Virus record (IMG/VR): IMGVR_UViG_3300024331_000007 | Location: 295,891-359,890 of that record | Reading direction: 5' to 3' (one strand) | From: a virus | Lineage: Duplodnaviria; Caudoviricetes | Length of the DNA stretch: 64,000 nt | In this document: positions 1 to 10,679 of the stretch, piece by piece | How positions within the stretch are numbered: the first letter of the stretch is position 1 | Layout: each line of letters opens with the position of its first letter | The notes under the pieces: model-generated | The model's input: only the letters and a program-made list of their open reading frames with translations | What the model was told of the DNA's origin: nothing | The model's database searches: none | Made by a program: the position numbers and the translations under genes

Positions 1-1482
1 ACACTTGACATCGGAAGTGGTGGTGTTGAACCATTTGCGCTTAATCAAAATGACGATACAGGTAACATAGCTTTTGGTCAGGTATATCCGCATCAATTTA
101 CCGGGGGCAATCCTGCTTATGTCAAAAACGGTCAGATATTCTACCGTTCCGATTTGAACCAGTGGTGTCAGTATACTAGCAGCAGTACTACAGTTTGTGG
201 ATGGGGTTCCAGTAGTGGTGGTGCGTTAAATGGCACGGTTACATACACTAGCTCACAAACAGCAAGTATCGGTGACAACGGAAAACTTGTCATAATGAAT
301 TGCTCCAGTGCATGCTCGTATGCTCTACCTGCGAGTCAGCCATCTACAACATGGGTAGTTTGGGTTCAGAGTGTAGGTAGCACTGTAGCCACTATTACTC
401 TTGCTGGTGGTGACACATATAATGGAACAGCGGGTGTACCTGTACTTAACTCTTTCAGGCCAATACAAATATTTGCCAACACCACTACGGCGACTGACTA
501 CAGAGGTGATGCACCTATTACTGCTACAACTCCGATTGTGATTACACCATCAGCCAATGGATTCAACGTGGCTTGTCCTTCTTGCTCTACTGGCGGCGGA
601 ACAACAATCAACTTGCCAAGCAATAGTTCAGTGGGATCGCTCACTGTTACTGGCGAAGTTCCGTTGCTGTTGAGCGATACTTCAGGAAGCGGAACATCAC
701 AAACAGCCACAAGTTCTCCAACATTTACTCCTGCTAATGGAGTTTGCTGGACTTATCAGACCACAACAGCTAATACTAGCACTGCCTTGACGGTCAGTAT
801 CAATGGTCTGAGTAAGAGTGTTGCTGTCTCTGGTACAAGCGGCTGGACTACTACACTAACAACTGGACAAGTTCCCGCTAACGAACCATTAAAGATGTGT
901 TATGACGGCACTAACTACAATGTGTTCGCTACTGGCATTCTTCCAGCAAGCGGCGGAGGTGGAGCTTGTATGACTCCGATCACTGTCACTACTACAGGGT
1001 CTGCTGCCAACATGAATTTTCCAACCATACCGGGTACTTGTCAGAAGCTGATATTTGACTGTCAGGTGTCATCTAATGACGGCTCTGGTGGTCACAACGT
1101 ATTCATGACAGTCAATGGAGATGCCGCTGGTGGTAACGCTCACTATGATTGGGTAGTACTTGATGGAGGTTACTCGCAGAGCCCCGTAGTCGCGTCGGCG
1201 CAGAATGATCAAGATTCATGGCTGGTGGGCTTCACCATCAGGCGAGACGGTGGGTTCCCGATCTTTACCGTGGAGATTCCACAGTATACCTTCGGATTTG
1301 CTAGCTACTTTGCTAGATACGTTGAACCATGCTACACTACCAGCCCCGCTTGTCATGGACGACTACATGTAGATTCTGTTGGTGGAGAATACCGAGGTGG
1401 CGGAGCAGTTACCTCGGCCAACATCTTCGTAAGTGGTGACACATTCTTCGACGGCTCGAAGTGCACAGTGCACGGTGAATAA
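1..1482 (+). CDS. Tail fibre / receptor-binding-like virion protein, 5'-truncated by the window edge
   Basis: Frame is open from base 1 (TLDIGSGGVEPF...) into the tracked 154..1482 ORF. T/S/G-rich beta-strand composition, a fibre-type 'TANT..ALTVSINGL...CYDGTNY' segment and Cys-rich linkers. Confidence 0.6.
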   Translation, partial: TLDIGSGGVEPFALNQNDDTGNIAFGQVYPHQFTGGNPAYVKNGQIFYRSDLNQWCQYTSSSTTVCGWGSSSGGALNGTVTYTSSQTASIGDNGKLVIMNCSSACSYALPASQPSTTWVVWVQSVGSTVATITLAGGDTYNGTAGVPVLNSFRPIQIFANTTTATDYRGDAPITATTPIVITPSANGFNVACPSCSTGGGTTINLPSNSSVGSLTVTGEVPLLLSDTSGSGTSQTATSSPTFTPANGVCWTYQTTTANTSTALTVSINGLSKSVAVSGTSGWTTTLTTGQVPANEPLKMCYDGTNYNVFATGILPASGGGGACMTPITVTTTGSAANMNFPTIPGTCQKLIFDCQVSSNDGSGGHNVFMTVNGDAAGGNAHYDWVVLDGGYSQSPVVASAQNDQDSWLVGFTIRRDGGFPIFTVEIPQYTFGFASYFARYVEPCYTTSPACHGRLHVDSVGGEYRGGGAVTSANIFVSGDTFFDGSKCTVHGE

Positions 1483-1487
1483 TCAGT

Positions 1488-1925
1488 ATGCCTAATAACA
1501 CATACCAAACCGTTTGGAATCCCACGCTCAATGCCTTACCACAGGATGAGCGTGGGTACTACAAACTATCACATATTGCTGCTCCCAATCGTCAATCGGT
1601 TGGTCAGCCATATTTTCGTGTGTTAAATCAGGTTGCAAATACTCACAGCCCATCAACAGGTCATCCTTGGTCTACAGCCAACATCTCCAACATTCAGTTT
1701 TCTGGTCAGGAAACCCCAATTGGAAACATTGATGGATCAAACAAGAACTACAATCTGAAACATGGCAAGGTCGATCCTGCTACATTCTTTGCCACAGTCA
1801 ATGACAAGATTTTGGTTTCAAATGTTGACTACACCCTCACAGGAGCCACCTTCCAAACCCTGTCCCTGACGAACGCTCCTGCAAAAAGTTCGTGGTTCTA
1901 TGTCTATTACGCTTATGGGGTTTGA
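1488..1925 (+). CDS. Small virion structural protein
   Basis: C-terminal module (PIGNIDGSNKNYNL...VDYTLTGATFQTLSLTNAP) resembles the repeats at 4080-4497 in the giant downstream protein. Confidence 0.55.
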   Translation: MPNNTYQTVWNPTLNALPQDERGYYKLSHIAAPNRQSVGQPYFRVLNQVANTHSPSTGHPWSTANISNIQFSGQETPIGNIDGSNKNYNLKHGKVDPATFFATVNDKILVSNVDYTLTGATFQTLSLTNAPAKSSWFYVYYAYGV

Positions 1926-2599
1926 GATTTTTCCACATCTTTCCTTTTCTTAGTTTCTGAGATTTTTCTTTTAGTTTCATCGGAATGTTTCTTTCCGAAA
2001 AAATGATTTTTAGTTCCTGTGTTGGCCTTGGATATTTTGGCCTTTGTTTCTTCAGTCGCTTTCCGTCCCTTAGATTTTTCTCCGTGTAGTCTCCGCGATT
2101 CTTCATCTAACCACCGCATATTTTGTCCTTTGGACATATTATGTCGTGTCTCGTCTGAAATAATTTTCCCCTTCTTAACAATCGACATTTTGATTTTTGT
2201 TTCTTCGGAAATTATCTTTCCAACACTATTTGTATTACCCGTCAACTGCAATGCTATTTTGGTCTTTGTTTCTTCCGAACATTTTCTTCCTACGCAACCT
2301 TCTCCACCATCCGTTCTATTTTGTAAGCATCCAGTGTTAAGATCAATTCGTCCGTTCAAATGAATTTTTAGCATCTCGGCTTGAAATGCATCGGCTTCAT
2401 TCATTAGAGAAGAAACCAAAATATTATTTTTATCGATTGGTGGTTTGGTTCTATGATTTTTAGAATTTACCCTATCTAGTTTGCCCTTTCCGACATAATA
2501 AGGAGTTCCAACAACTCCATGTTTTGATGTATTAGAGCGCAAATATTCGTATACACAAAATTGCTTATCTTGTGATAATTTTGCCTCATAAATATTCAT
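1913..2599 (-). CDS. GIY-YIG-like homing endonuclease with NUMOD3-type repeats
   Basis: VYEY...YYVGKG...R and NRTDGGEG motifs followed by SEETKxKIS repeats; opposite strand to its neighbours. Confidence 0.85.
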   Translation of the reverse strand: MNIYEAKLSQDKQFCVYEYLRSNTSKHGVVGTPYYVGKGKLDRVNSKNHRTKPPIDKNNILVSSLMNEADAFQAEMLKIHLNGRIDLNTGCLQNRTDGGEGCVGRKCSEETKTKIALQLTGNTNSVGKIISEETKIKMSIVKKGKIISDETRHNMSKGQNMRWLDEESRRLHGEKSKGRKATEETKAKISKANTGTKNHFFGKKHSDETKRKISETKKRKDVEKSQTP

Positions 2600-2666
2600 A
2601 GCTGAAGTCTCCTTGGGACTTTAGGGCGATTGGGTGCTTCAACACCGCGAATCGCATCTGTATTTA
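2600..2666 (-). promoter_or_regulatory. Late promoter plus nested-hairpin leader, copy 1
   Basis: Minus strand reads TAAATA-cagat-GCGATT-CGC-GGTG-TTGAAG-CACC-C-AATCGC-CCTA-N9-GGAG-actt-CAGCT-ATG; same architecture as 28732-28794. Confidence 0.8.
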
Positions 2667-2692
2667 TCTCCAAACCACACATTTTACTAGCA

Positions 2693-2698
2693 TAAATA
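2693..2698 (+). promoter_or_regulatory. T4-like late promoter core (TAAATA), divergent from the one at 2661-2666
   Basis: cATAAATA followed by an AGGAG RBS upstream of the giant structural gene. Confidence 0.65.
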
Positions 2699-2723
2699 TA
2701 GTAGGAGCACAATTAACCCTCAT

Positions 2724-5700
2724 ATGGCCTTATCAAACACAGTAAATTTTCTACCACCATATCTTCAGACTGTAGCCAACCGTCGCTTCTTCGGGGCAAC
2801 ATTAGATTTGCTCGTAAATCATCCTCAAATTACACGATTCAATGGCTTTATAGGTAGAAATGTATTCAATGGTGCTGTGTTACCCGGAAACTATCTATTA
2901 GAATCCACGCCTATTCGAAGTGCTTATCAATTAGAAGCCGCGTTCATCACTCGTGACAACAATAACAACATCGTTGAAGTCTCAAACTTCTTAGACCTGC
3001 TAAATTCTTGCGCAAATAAGGACGCCGTCACAAATGCATGGAATCGTTTGCTCACCAACAATATCTATAGCTGGCGCGGGTTTAACAACCTTGACAAAAT
3101 CATCAACTACCAGAACTACTGCTGGATTGCCACAAGCGGAAACGATTGGTACTGGAAGAACAGCATTCTTATTCAGCCAGCAAACACGGTCGCCACTGAC
3201 ATTCTAGGACAGGTTTCATATACCGATCCAACAGGGGTAGAACTGCTAGACGGAATGATAATTTCATTCCCAATAACCCAACCTGCTCCATATAATGACG
3301 GCGCTGCCTACATCGTAGAAGGTATTGGCCAAGAGATTGCTCTTGTTCCAGTAACAAATATTCTGACACCAACATTCGTACAGGATCAGAACAATCCACC
3401 TGACTATCTAACAATTGAGCGAGACGCTGCTGACTTGAACTTATGGTCAAGAACAAACCTCTGGGTCCACAAAGACACAGTAGATAGCATCATTCAGATT
3501 CAAAGCGCCCGTATTCCAAATTTCGATGTTCCAACCAAGTTTACTCTTGCTAATCGTCCAATCATAGAGTTTGAATCTCTTGTGCTGTTCAATTCTGGCC
3601 TTGTTGGATTACCAGCAGCGACATATTTTGACAACTCCACCACCGATGCGTTCTACATCGTTCAGGGTCAGACAAATTTTGCAGTTGATGGATTCCAGTT
3701 GAATACTGGCGATTCAGTTATCTTTAATGCTGATCATAACCCAGACATTCGCGACAATGTATACGATGTAAATTTTGTTGATACGACTAGAATAAACCAG
3801 ATTCGTCGTCTATATCCAGTTCAGGCACTTTCCACAACAAATATCACATTGGCTGGTTTACAAACTATTGACGGCTATGTCACTCTTCAGGGTGATCGTA
3901 TTCTCGTACTTGGTCAAATCGATCAATCCCAGAACGGAATCTATCTTGCTTCTACTATTGGTTGGACTCGCGCCAGCGATTTCACTGGAACTGAGCAGGT
4001 TGGAGTTCTAGTTCTATATGGAACTGAATTTAAGAACACATACTACATTTATACACCAGCAACCATTATTAACAATGCGATGGTCGGTACTCTTTCACCA
4101 ACAGGTAACGCTCAGGTGTACACGATGCCATTTACGCCTGATCCAAATTCTCTAATGATTTGGGATAATTTCCCATTGATTCCAGAAGTGGGTTATAGCG
4201 TTTCTGGCGACACAGTTACATTCGCAACAGCACCGGGCATTGGGGATACTCTCACCTATCAAGGATGGTCGCAAGGAACTGCCCCTGTTACAACACCAGT
4301 TTCAGGTTTTCTAGTTGGCATTCAAGATGGAATCAACAGAGTTTTCACAGTTCCAACACCACCAGATGATAGTACCCTTCTTATTTGGGATAACTTTCCT
4401 TTGGTTGAAGGCGTTGGGTATACTATCGAAGGTCTAACCGTTACGTTTGACGTTGCTCCATCAACTACTGATATTCTATTTTATCAAGCATGGTCTAAGT
4501 GGACCCTTAGCGCAACAATTCCAGTTATTCAGCTTGTGCTTCGTAACACAGCACAACTACAAAACTGTGTCCTTATTACCAGTGGTCAAACCTTCTCCGA
4601 CAAAATGGTTGTATGGGACGGATCGTTTTGGGTGGTTGCATCTGAAAATAAATCAGCAATCAATCAGGCACCTCTATTCGATGTATTTGATCTATCTGGA
4701 AACAGTTTTGGAAATGTATCCGTCTATCCAGACACTAGTTTTGCTGGAAGCGAACTATTTTCATATGAGATTGGATCAGGTCCAAATGACATTGTTCTTG
4801 GATTCCCTTTGACATTCGGACCTGTTGGAAATCTTAATGATGTCATCTTTAATAACAACTATGTCACTGACACTTTCTCTTACACAGAAGTAACAACACC
4901 ACAATTCATTTCGGATGGTCGAGCACACCTCGTTGATCCACTATCTGATGTTGAAAATATTTTTGATGCTTGGCAATATGTTCCATGTAATTTAGAGTTG
5001 TATCAAAATATTCTCGTAACTGGTCTTTCAACCATTACATTTGCGGGTAATCTGCTTGTTAAGTCAACCCCAAATACTCAGCAGACGCAGGTATTCGTGG
5101 ATGGAACTCCGCTTGCGCCATCTAATTATACTGTAACCCAAGCCAACGGAAATATCACTGTTACATTAGCCACGGCAATTGAAAGTACTAACGAAGTTGT
5201 AATTAAAATTTTGAGTACAACTCCAATACCGGGTGCATGGTATGATGTCCCCCCAGCCTTCGATCATAACCCATTGGGGGTCATGCTTACAACATTCAAT
5301 ATGGGTGAACTGCGTCTTCATGCTCAGACTGAACAAAATAATGCCAACGACACATCAGGAATCGTTGATTTGTTCCGTAACGAATATGCTGGAGTACCGG
5401 GAAGCATCCTATTTCAAGAAGCAGTAAGCATACTTCCAACATTAATGTTGTGCAACAAGACATTCGACCTTGATCAATCGCTTCGAACAGCGGGAGAAGA
5501 TTACAACTTATTCAAGCAGCGATTTCTGAACATTTCAACCCAGATTCCAAACGTCAATAATTTGACTGTTAAACAAGCGGTTGATCAAGTTCTTCAGAAA
5601 ATTGCAGCATCATTTATTACAGGTCAGCCGTGGGCAACAAGTGACATGTGCTATTGGGGAGGTACGCCACAAACAATCAGCGTAACCAATCCACATCTTA

Positions 5701-8700
5701 CAACATTCAATTTGGTGCAAACCTACGACTTCACGCAACCAAATACAAAAGAACTACATGTCTATCTGAACAACAATCAGCTTATTATTGGGCGCGATTA
5801 CACCGTGGCTGGAAACGTTCTGAGCGTTCTTGCACCATTGAACTTTGGAGATGCTCTTGTAATTTATGAAATTGCAAACACGACAGGTAGCTACATCCCA
5901 GCTACTCCAACTAAACTAGGATTGGCGCAGGCATATGTTCCGCAGATTTACATGGATTTTACCTATCAAACTCCGCGTCTTGTTTTGCAGGGTCACGATG
6001 GTAGCATAACAACTTGCTATGGAGACTATCGAGATACATTCTTGCTAGACTACGAACTACGGGTATACAACAATCTAAAGGTTGACAATCAACTTTTATT
6101 TGATACTATTCAATCTCATGTTCCAAACGGTGGAAGATGGAGAAGCGAACAGGCATCCACTAATGCCCTTATTGCTCCATACACACCATCTGAATTGTTG
6201 ACTATTCAACAACGCATGTTCTATGAATGGGCGGCAGAATACAATGTCAGCTACGTCAATAGTTTCTATGATGCTGATGATATGTTCACATGGAACTGGA
6301 GCAGCAGTCTTGACAAACTAAGTGATCACGAGCCGCTATTAGGTTACTGGAGAGGTATATATCGCTGGTTCTATGACACAGAGTACGTTAACACAAAGCC
6401 GTGGGAAGCTCTGGGTCTATCGATCAAGCCTACATGGTGGGATTCTACATACGGCGTTGCTCCATACACAGGAGCTAACTTAGTTCTATGGGAAGATATT
6501 GCTCAGGGCATCATTCGTGACCCTTCTGGTTTGCGTTTCAGCACATATGGGCCAAAAACATTCGGAGCTAACTCTGTTACCTCTGTAATTCCAGTTGACC
6601 CTTCGGGAAACTTGCTTGATCCAAACGACAGTGTTGTAGGAGTTCTTAATACGAGTGCCGCTCAAAATGATTTTATTTTTGGTGACGGAGCGCCAGCAGA
6701 AGAAGCATGGAGACGTAGCAGCATATATCCATTTGCTCAGTTGCGAACACAGATTCTACAGAACCCTCTTTTCATGTGTGGAGTTCTATGGAACACAAAT
6801 AACTATCTTCCAACAGTCGGACTGAATCAGTTTAGATTTGATGGTAACTTCCTCGGAAGTATCAGCCAAGTCACGCTCAACAGCGTTGATGACAATGGTT
6901 CTGCGCTTGTAAATAGCATTCTGAACTACAGCATTGAATACATGCGCCGAAATGGTCAAGACCCGGCACTACTTCGCACAGCCATCAATAACACAGGTGT
7001 ACAATTAATGTATCCGTTGGGTGGATTTTCCGATGCAACCGATTTGATTGCATTTGGATCACCAAACAATCCTACTGACGTAGGTGCAGCAGAGCTAATT
7101 CCAGTTCAGGATTATACTCTCTTCTTGAATGAGAGCACTCCAACCGGGACTCTAAACTACAGCGGTGTTGTTGTTAATATAACTACCTCGGGCAGTTTTC
7201 AAATTTCAGGTTACAACAAAGTAAATCCATTCTTCACAATATATCCAGCCAATGCAATTGGACCATATGTGCAAATTGGGGTTTCTCCAAATTTCTATCG
7301 CTATCCTACTGCTTTCAGCACAACTCCGCAAGTTGTACCGTACAACACTATATTTTCAGATATTCAAAGCCTAATCAACTTCTTAGCTGGTTATGAAAAG
7401 TTTTTGACCATAAATGGAATTACATTCACCACAAATACATCGCAAACCCAAGTTGATTGGCAAGCTGCCGCAATTCAGTTCATCAAATGGAGCCTGACAA
7501 ATTGGGGGACCTCCATTCCGCTATCACTGGTATTGAATCCTAGCTCGTCTATTGTTCAGTACAACGCATCCTCTGGTACTCTGGCTAGTTTGACTGATCC
7601 CCTATCAAGTCTTGTACTTGATGTTAACGGCTCTGTTATCACTCAACAGTTCTTAGACGTATTTCGTGATGTTAACTCGGTAACAATTACTCACCAAGGC
7701 GGAGGAATCTTTGCTTGTATCGCCGCTGATATTGTTAGCTTTGAACATCGCGTTGTTTTTGATAACATTACGGCATTTGACGATACTATCTATGATCCTG
7801 TTTCTGGAATCCGCCAAACTCGTTTGACATTTTCAGGACAGAAAAGCGCAAACTGGAATGGAACGTTGGACAGTCCCGGCTTCCTAATCTGTACTAAATC
7901 AGTTCAACATTGGAATCCAAACCAAGATTATCTATTTGGTACATTGGTTCAATTCAAGAACAACAATTATGTTGCAACTCAGGATGTAATTGGTGCCGCA
8001 ACTTTCCAGTATGCACAGTTCCAGCTAATTTCAACAGTATTCACGAATAGTATTTTGCCTAATCTATCGTTGAAGGCTCAGGACTATCTACAATCATATA
8101 ACGTAAACTATCGTCCGTTCCTAACTGACCTTGTAAACCTACGCAATAACACAATTGGTTATATTGAACGCGATTGGTTAGCTATTCTTGACATCGACTT
8201 AGGGGCGCAAACTGCATTTTACAAGGGATGGATCAAAGAAAAGGGAACTCTTAACTCACTTAACAGCTACGGAAGAGGGTCAACACCACAACTGAATACC
8301 GTTGTTGCTATTAATGAAGAATATGCCATGAAGGTTGGCATATATGGGAGTGACTTGCGCACAGGATATGGTGATGTTAGCTTACCACCAGCAATCAATA
8401 CTCAGAATCCTCTTGTAATCGCCTTTGTTTCGTCACCGAACATCAAGGATGCTAACAGTATTCAGGTTACACCAAACAGTTTGTACGAAAAATCTGCAAA
8501 TTGGACAAATGACTTTATTCAGTATTACGGAAATCTTGAATTGGAAACTAGCAGCCTCATAAGTGGTGGTCCTGTAATCCCACAAGAACTAATTAACGCT
8601 GCTTCCGCATCGATACCCGGCTTCATCAAGACAGATGAACCTGCATTATTCTTTCCAACTGTACCTGATATGATTTTTGGCGTTCAGGAAAGCGTATTAA

Positions 8701-10658
8701 AGATTGCTGAGAATGGTGGTAGTTTCTGGATTGAAAATAACCAGTTAGCGCCCGGTCCTAACCAATGGGATGTTCTCACATTTAGTCCTGTGAGCACAGC
8801 TATATCGTCAATCACACAGGTAAATTCAAATGCCATCTCCTTTATTCTATCAACTGATATTGGAGCAAAGGCAAATAGTGCAATCGTCATCGACTATACA
8901 GATGTTGGTTCGAATATTTCCATTCGAGGAACATTCCTTGTCAATGATTACTTCATTGCTCCGTTTAGAACAGCAAATACCTCTGGTTATGCAAACCTAA
9001 TTGTGGCCACAACTGCTGGTCAGTTTGGAAATGTGTTCATTACCTATCCAAACCCTGTTCCAACAAGCGACATTTATGTTTCCCGCAGTCTACGTTCCAA
9101 TAGCATTGCAGAAGCACCTATTGTTCCTGCCGATTCAACACAATATGTCACAAACGACAAAACAGGCGAGGCCGCTTACAATCTCACTGTACCATATCAG
9201 ACGGAAATCACGTACGCTGACGTATCGGGAAGCATTGCCATCAATTCGATTGCATACGACAGCCCAAATCAGATCATTTGGTGTGGCAAGCCAGCATCGA
9301 TACCTACAGGTGTTGTGGAAATGCGCGTTGTTGGGGCTGAACAAGAACCTAGCGGCGAAGTTCTTCCAACCATCAATACTGAAGTTTATGTAATTCAACC
9401 TAAGAATCCAAGTTCTATAAATCTCGGAAACGCGGTTGTTGCCGCAAACAATTTTGCCGCCGTATCAGCAGATGCAAACTCCTTACCGGGACAAATCTAC
9501 ATCTGCGCCAACAATCCTCGTCACGCGCCATCCGTGTTGCAGATTCTAAATGCGAATACCGCCGCTCCATATGTTATTACTGACATGGCAATAAGCAGTG
9601 ATGCAAACTGGCTCTATGCAGTACAACAACCAACTGGTAACATTGCTCAAATCGCCGTGTTCGCATTGGAATCCAATCCAAATATTGGCCAGCCTTGGTT
9701 CCCTGTGTATCCAATCGTTTCAACTACTGCCAACACGTCTATTACTGTTGGAGAAATTGTTCCAGATGCATTCTCTGTTACAGTTGAAATTACAGACAAT
9801 AATGATCTATCCAGCCGAGTTTTGATACCGAACTATGAATACACAGTGGCTGGTAATATCATTACTGTAAATGTTGCCGCTGCTGGAACAACTTACATAG
9901 GTGATGTTCACCATACTACGACTGTAACTGGTCTATCTGAATACTACAAATATCAGGGAACAATAATTACTTCGGCGTATGGCCTTGATTCGTTCAATGC
10001 TGCAAGTAATTTTGGTGCGTCGATTGCATGTGATGCACTTGGAACAACAATTGCTATTGGTGCACCAGCTAATGGCGGGAATGTTGTGGTGTTTTCTCGT
10101 ATTACTGAGAATCAATATCTACAAACAACAACCAGCATCGTTACGCCTGTCAATCCATTCAGCACTATTACACAGGTAAAGGTAAATGGATTAATCGTAT
10201 CTCCATCGCTATCATTTAGTCCAGCATTACCCGCAGGTACATTGGTTCAGATTGAAGGTTTTTGTTTCAATGTTGAACAGGTAATATCCGCACCAAACCC
10301 AACTGACTTAGGATTTGGCACTAGTGTTGCTATTCAGAATAACCAACTTGTAGTTGGTAGTGTTAACACCGCTGTAGGGAACCAATACAGCAAGGGATCG
10401 GCTTATCTTTACGCTCTTGACACGTCCGTTACCAGCACAAAGATCATTCCAATTTCGGATTTGACTCTTTCAACCTCGCCATTCATGATAAACAGTTGGG
10501 TTATCACTCCACTGGATAATACTCTTTCAGGTCTTGTTACCGCCATCAACGCTGGAAGCGGATATACAGGCGTACGTGCTTCTGTTCAAGGAATGAACCT
10601 CGTCTTAAATATCAATCCAGCCCTTCACACGTCAGGAGTAGGGTTTTTAGGCGCATAA
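2724..10658 (+). CDS. Giant virion structural protein (baseplate wedge-like), 2644 aa
   Basis: Very long ORF in the structural module; beta-rich; contains the common tail motif TTNITLAGLQTIDG...GDRILV...QNGIY...WTRA and repeated small beta modules. Confidence 0.7.
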   Translation: MALSNTVNFLPPYLQTVANRRFFGATLDLLVNHPQITRFNGFIGRNVFNGAVLPGNYLLESTPIRSAYQLEAAFITRDNNNNIVEVSNFLDLLNSCANKDAVTNAWNRLLTNNIYSWRGFNNLDKIINYQNYCWIATSGNDWYWKNSILIQPANTVATDILGQVSYTDPTGVELLDGMIISFPITQPAPYNDGAAYIVEGIGQEIALVPVTNILTPTFVQDQNNPPDYLTIERDAADLNLWSRTNLWVHKDTVDSIIQIQSARIPNFDVPTKFTLANRPIIEFESLVLFNSGLVGLPAATYFDNSTTDAFYIVQGQTNFAVDGFQLNTGDSVIFNADHNPDIRDNVYDVNFVDTTRINQIRRLYPVQALSTTNITLAGLQTIDGYVTLQGDRILVLGQIDQSQNGIYLASTIGWTRASDFTGTEQVGVLVLYGTEFKNTYYIYTPATIINNAMVGTLSPTGNAQVYTMPFTPDPNSLMIWDNFPLIPEVGYSVSGDTVTFATAPGIGDTLTYQGWSQGTAPVTTPVSGFLVGIQDGINRVFTVPTPPDDSTLLIWDNFPLVEGVGYTIEGLTVTFDVAPSTTDILFYQAWSKWTLSATIPVIQLVLRNTAQLQNCVLITSGQTFSDKMVVWDGSFWVVASENKSAINQAPLFDVFDLSGNSFGNVSVYPDTSFAGSELFSYEIGSGPNDIVLGFPLTFGPVGNLNDVIFNNNYVTDTFSYTEVTTPQFISDGRAHLVDPLSDVENIFDAWQYVPCNLELYQNILVTGLSTITFAGNLLVKSTPNTQQTQVFVDGTPLAPSNYTVTQANGNITVTLATAIESTNEVVIKILSTTPIPGAWYDVPPAFDHNPLGVMLTTFNMGELRLHAQTEQNNANDTSGIVDLFRNEYAGVPGSILFQEAVSILPTLMLCNKTFDLDQSLRTAGEDYNLFKQRFLNISTQIPNVNNLTVKQAVDQVLQKIAASFITGQPWATSDMCYWGGTPQTISVTNPHLTTFNLVQTYDFTQPNTKELHVYLNNNQLIIGRDYTVAGNVLSVLAPLNFGDALVIYEIANTTGSYIPATPTKLGLAQAYVPQIYMDFTYQTPRLVLQGHDGSITTCYGDYRDTFLLDYELRVYNNLKVDNQLLFDTIQSHVPNGGRWRSEQASTNALIAPYTPSELLTIQQRMFYEWAAEYNVSYVNSFYDADDMFTWNWSSSLDKLSDHEPLLGYWRGIYRWFYDTEYVNTKPWEALGLSIKPTWWDSTYGVAPYTGANLVLWEDIAQGIIRDPSGLRFSTYGPKTFGANSVTSVIPVDPSGNLLDPNDSVVGVLNTSAAQNDFIFGDGAPAEEAWRRSSIYPFAQLRTQILQNPLFMCGVLWNTNNYLPTVGLNQFRFDGNFLGSISQVTLNSVDDNGSALVNSILNYSIEYMRRNGQDPALLRTAINNTGVQLMYPLGGFSDATDLIAFGSPNNPTDVGAAELIPVQDYTLFLNESTPTGTLNYSGVVVNITTSGSFQISGYNKVNPFFTIYPANAIGPYVQIGVSPNFYRYPTAFSTTPQVVPYNTIFSDIQSLINFLAGYEKFLTINGITFTTNTSQTQVDWQAAAIQFIKWSLTNWGTSIPLSLVLNPSSSIVQYNASSGTLASLTDPLSSLVLDVNGSVITQQFLDVFRDVNSVTITHQGGGIFACIAADIVSFEHRVVFDNITAFDDTIYDPVSGIRQTRLTFSGQKSANWNGTLDSPGFLICTKSVQHWNPNQDYLFGTLVQFKNNNYVATQDVIGAATFQYAQFQLISTVFTNSILPNLSLKAQDYLQSYNVNYRPFLTDLVNLRNNTIGYIERDWLAILDIDLGAQTAFYKGWIKEKGTLNSLNSYGRGSTPQLNTVVAINEEYAMKVGIYGSDLRTGYGDVSLPPAINTQNPLVIAFVSSPNIKDANSIQVTPNSLYEKSANWTNDFIQYYGNLELETSSLISGGPVIPQELINAASASIPGFIKTDEPALFFPTVPDMIFGVQESVLKIAENGGSFWIENNQLAPGPNQWDVLTFSPVSTAISSITQVNSNAISFILSTDIGAKANSAIVIDYTDVGSNISIRGTFLVNDYFIAPFRTANTSGYANLIVATTAGQFGNVFITYPNPVPTSDIYVSRSLRSNSIAEAPIVPADSTQYVTNDKTGEAAYNLTVPYQTEITYADVSGSIAINSIAYDSPNQIIWCGKPASIPTGVVEMRVVGAEQEPSGEVLPTINTEVYVIQPKNPSSINLGNAVVAANNFAAVSADANSLPGQIYICANNPRHAPSVLQILNANTAAPYVITDMAISSDANWLYAVQQPTGNIAQIAVFALESNPNIGQPWFPVYPIVSTTANTSITVGEIVPDAFSVTVEITDNNDLSSRVLIPNYEYTVAGNIITVNVAAAGTTYIGDVHHTTTVTGLSEYYKYQGTIITSAYGLDSFNAASNFGASIACDALGTTIAIGAPANGGNVVVFSRITENQYLQTTTSIVTPVNPFSTITQVKVNGLIVSPSLSFSPALPAGTLVQIEGFCFNVEQVISAPNPTDLGFGTSVAIQNNQLVVGSVNTAVGNQYSKGSAYLYALDTSVTSTKIIPISDLTLSTSPFMINSWVITPLDNTLSGLVTAINAGSGYTGVRASVQGMNLVLNINPALHTSGVGFLGA
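4080..4497 (+). repeat. Tandem ~70-aa module duplication inside the giant protein
   Basis: SLMIWDNFPLIPEVGYSVSGDTVTFATAP...YQGWS versus TLLIWDNFPLVEGVGYTIEGLTVTFDVAP...YQAWS. Confidence 0.85.
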
Positions 10659-10679
10659 ATATTAGAAAGGGAAGGAAAA

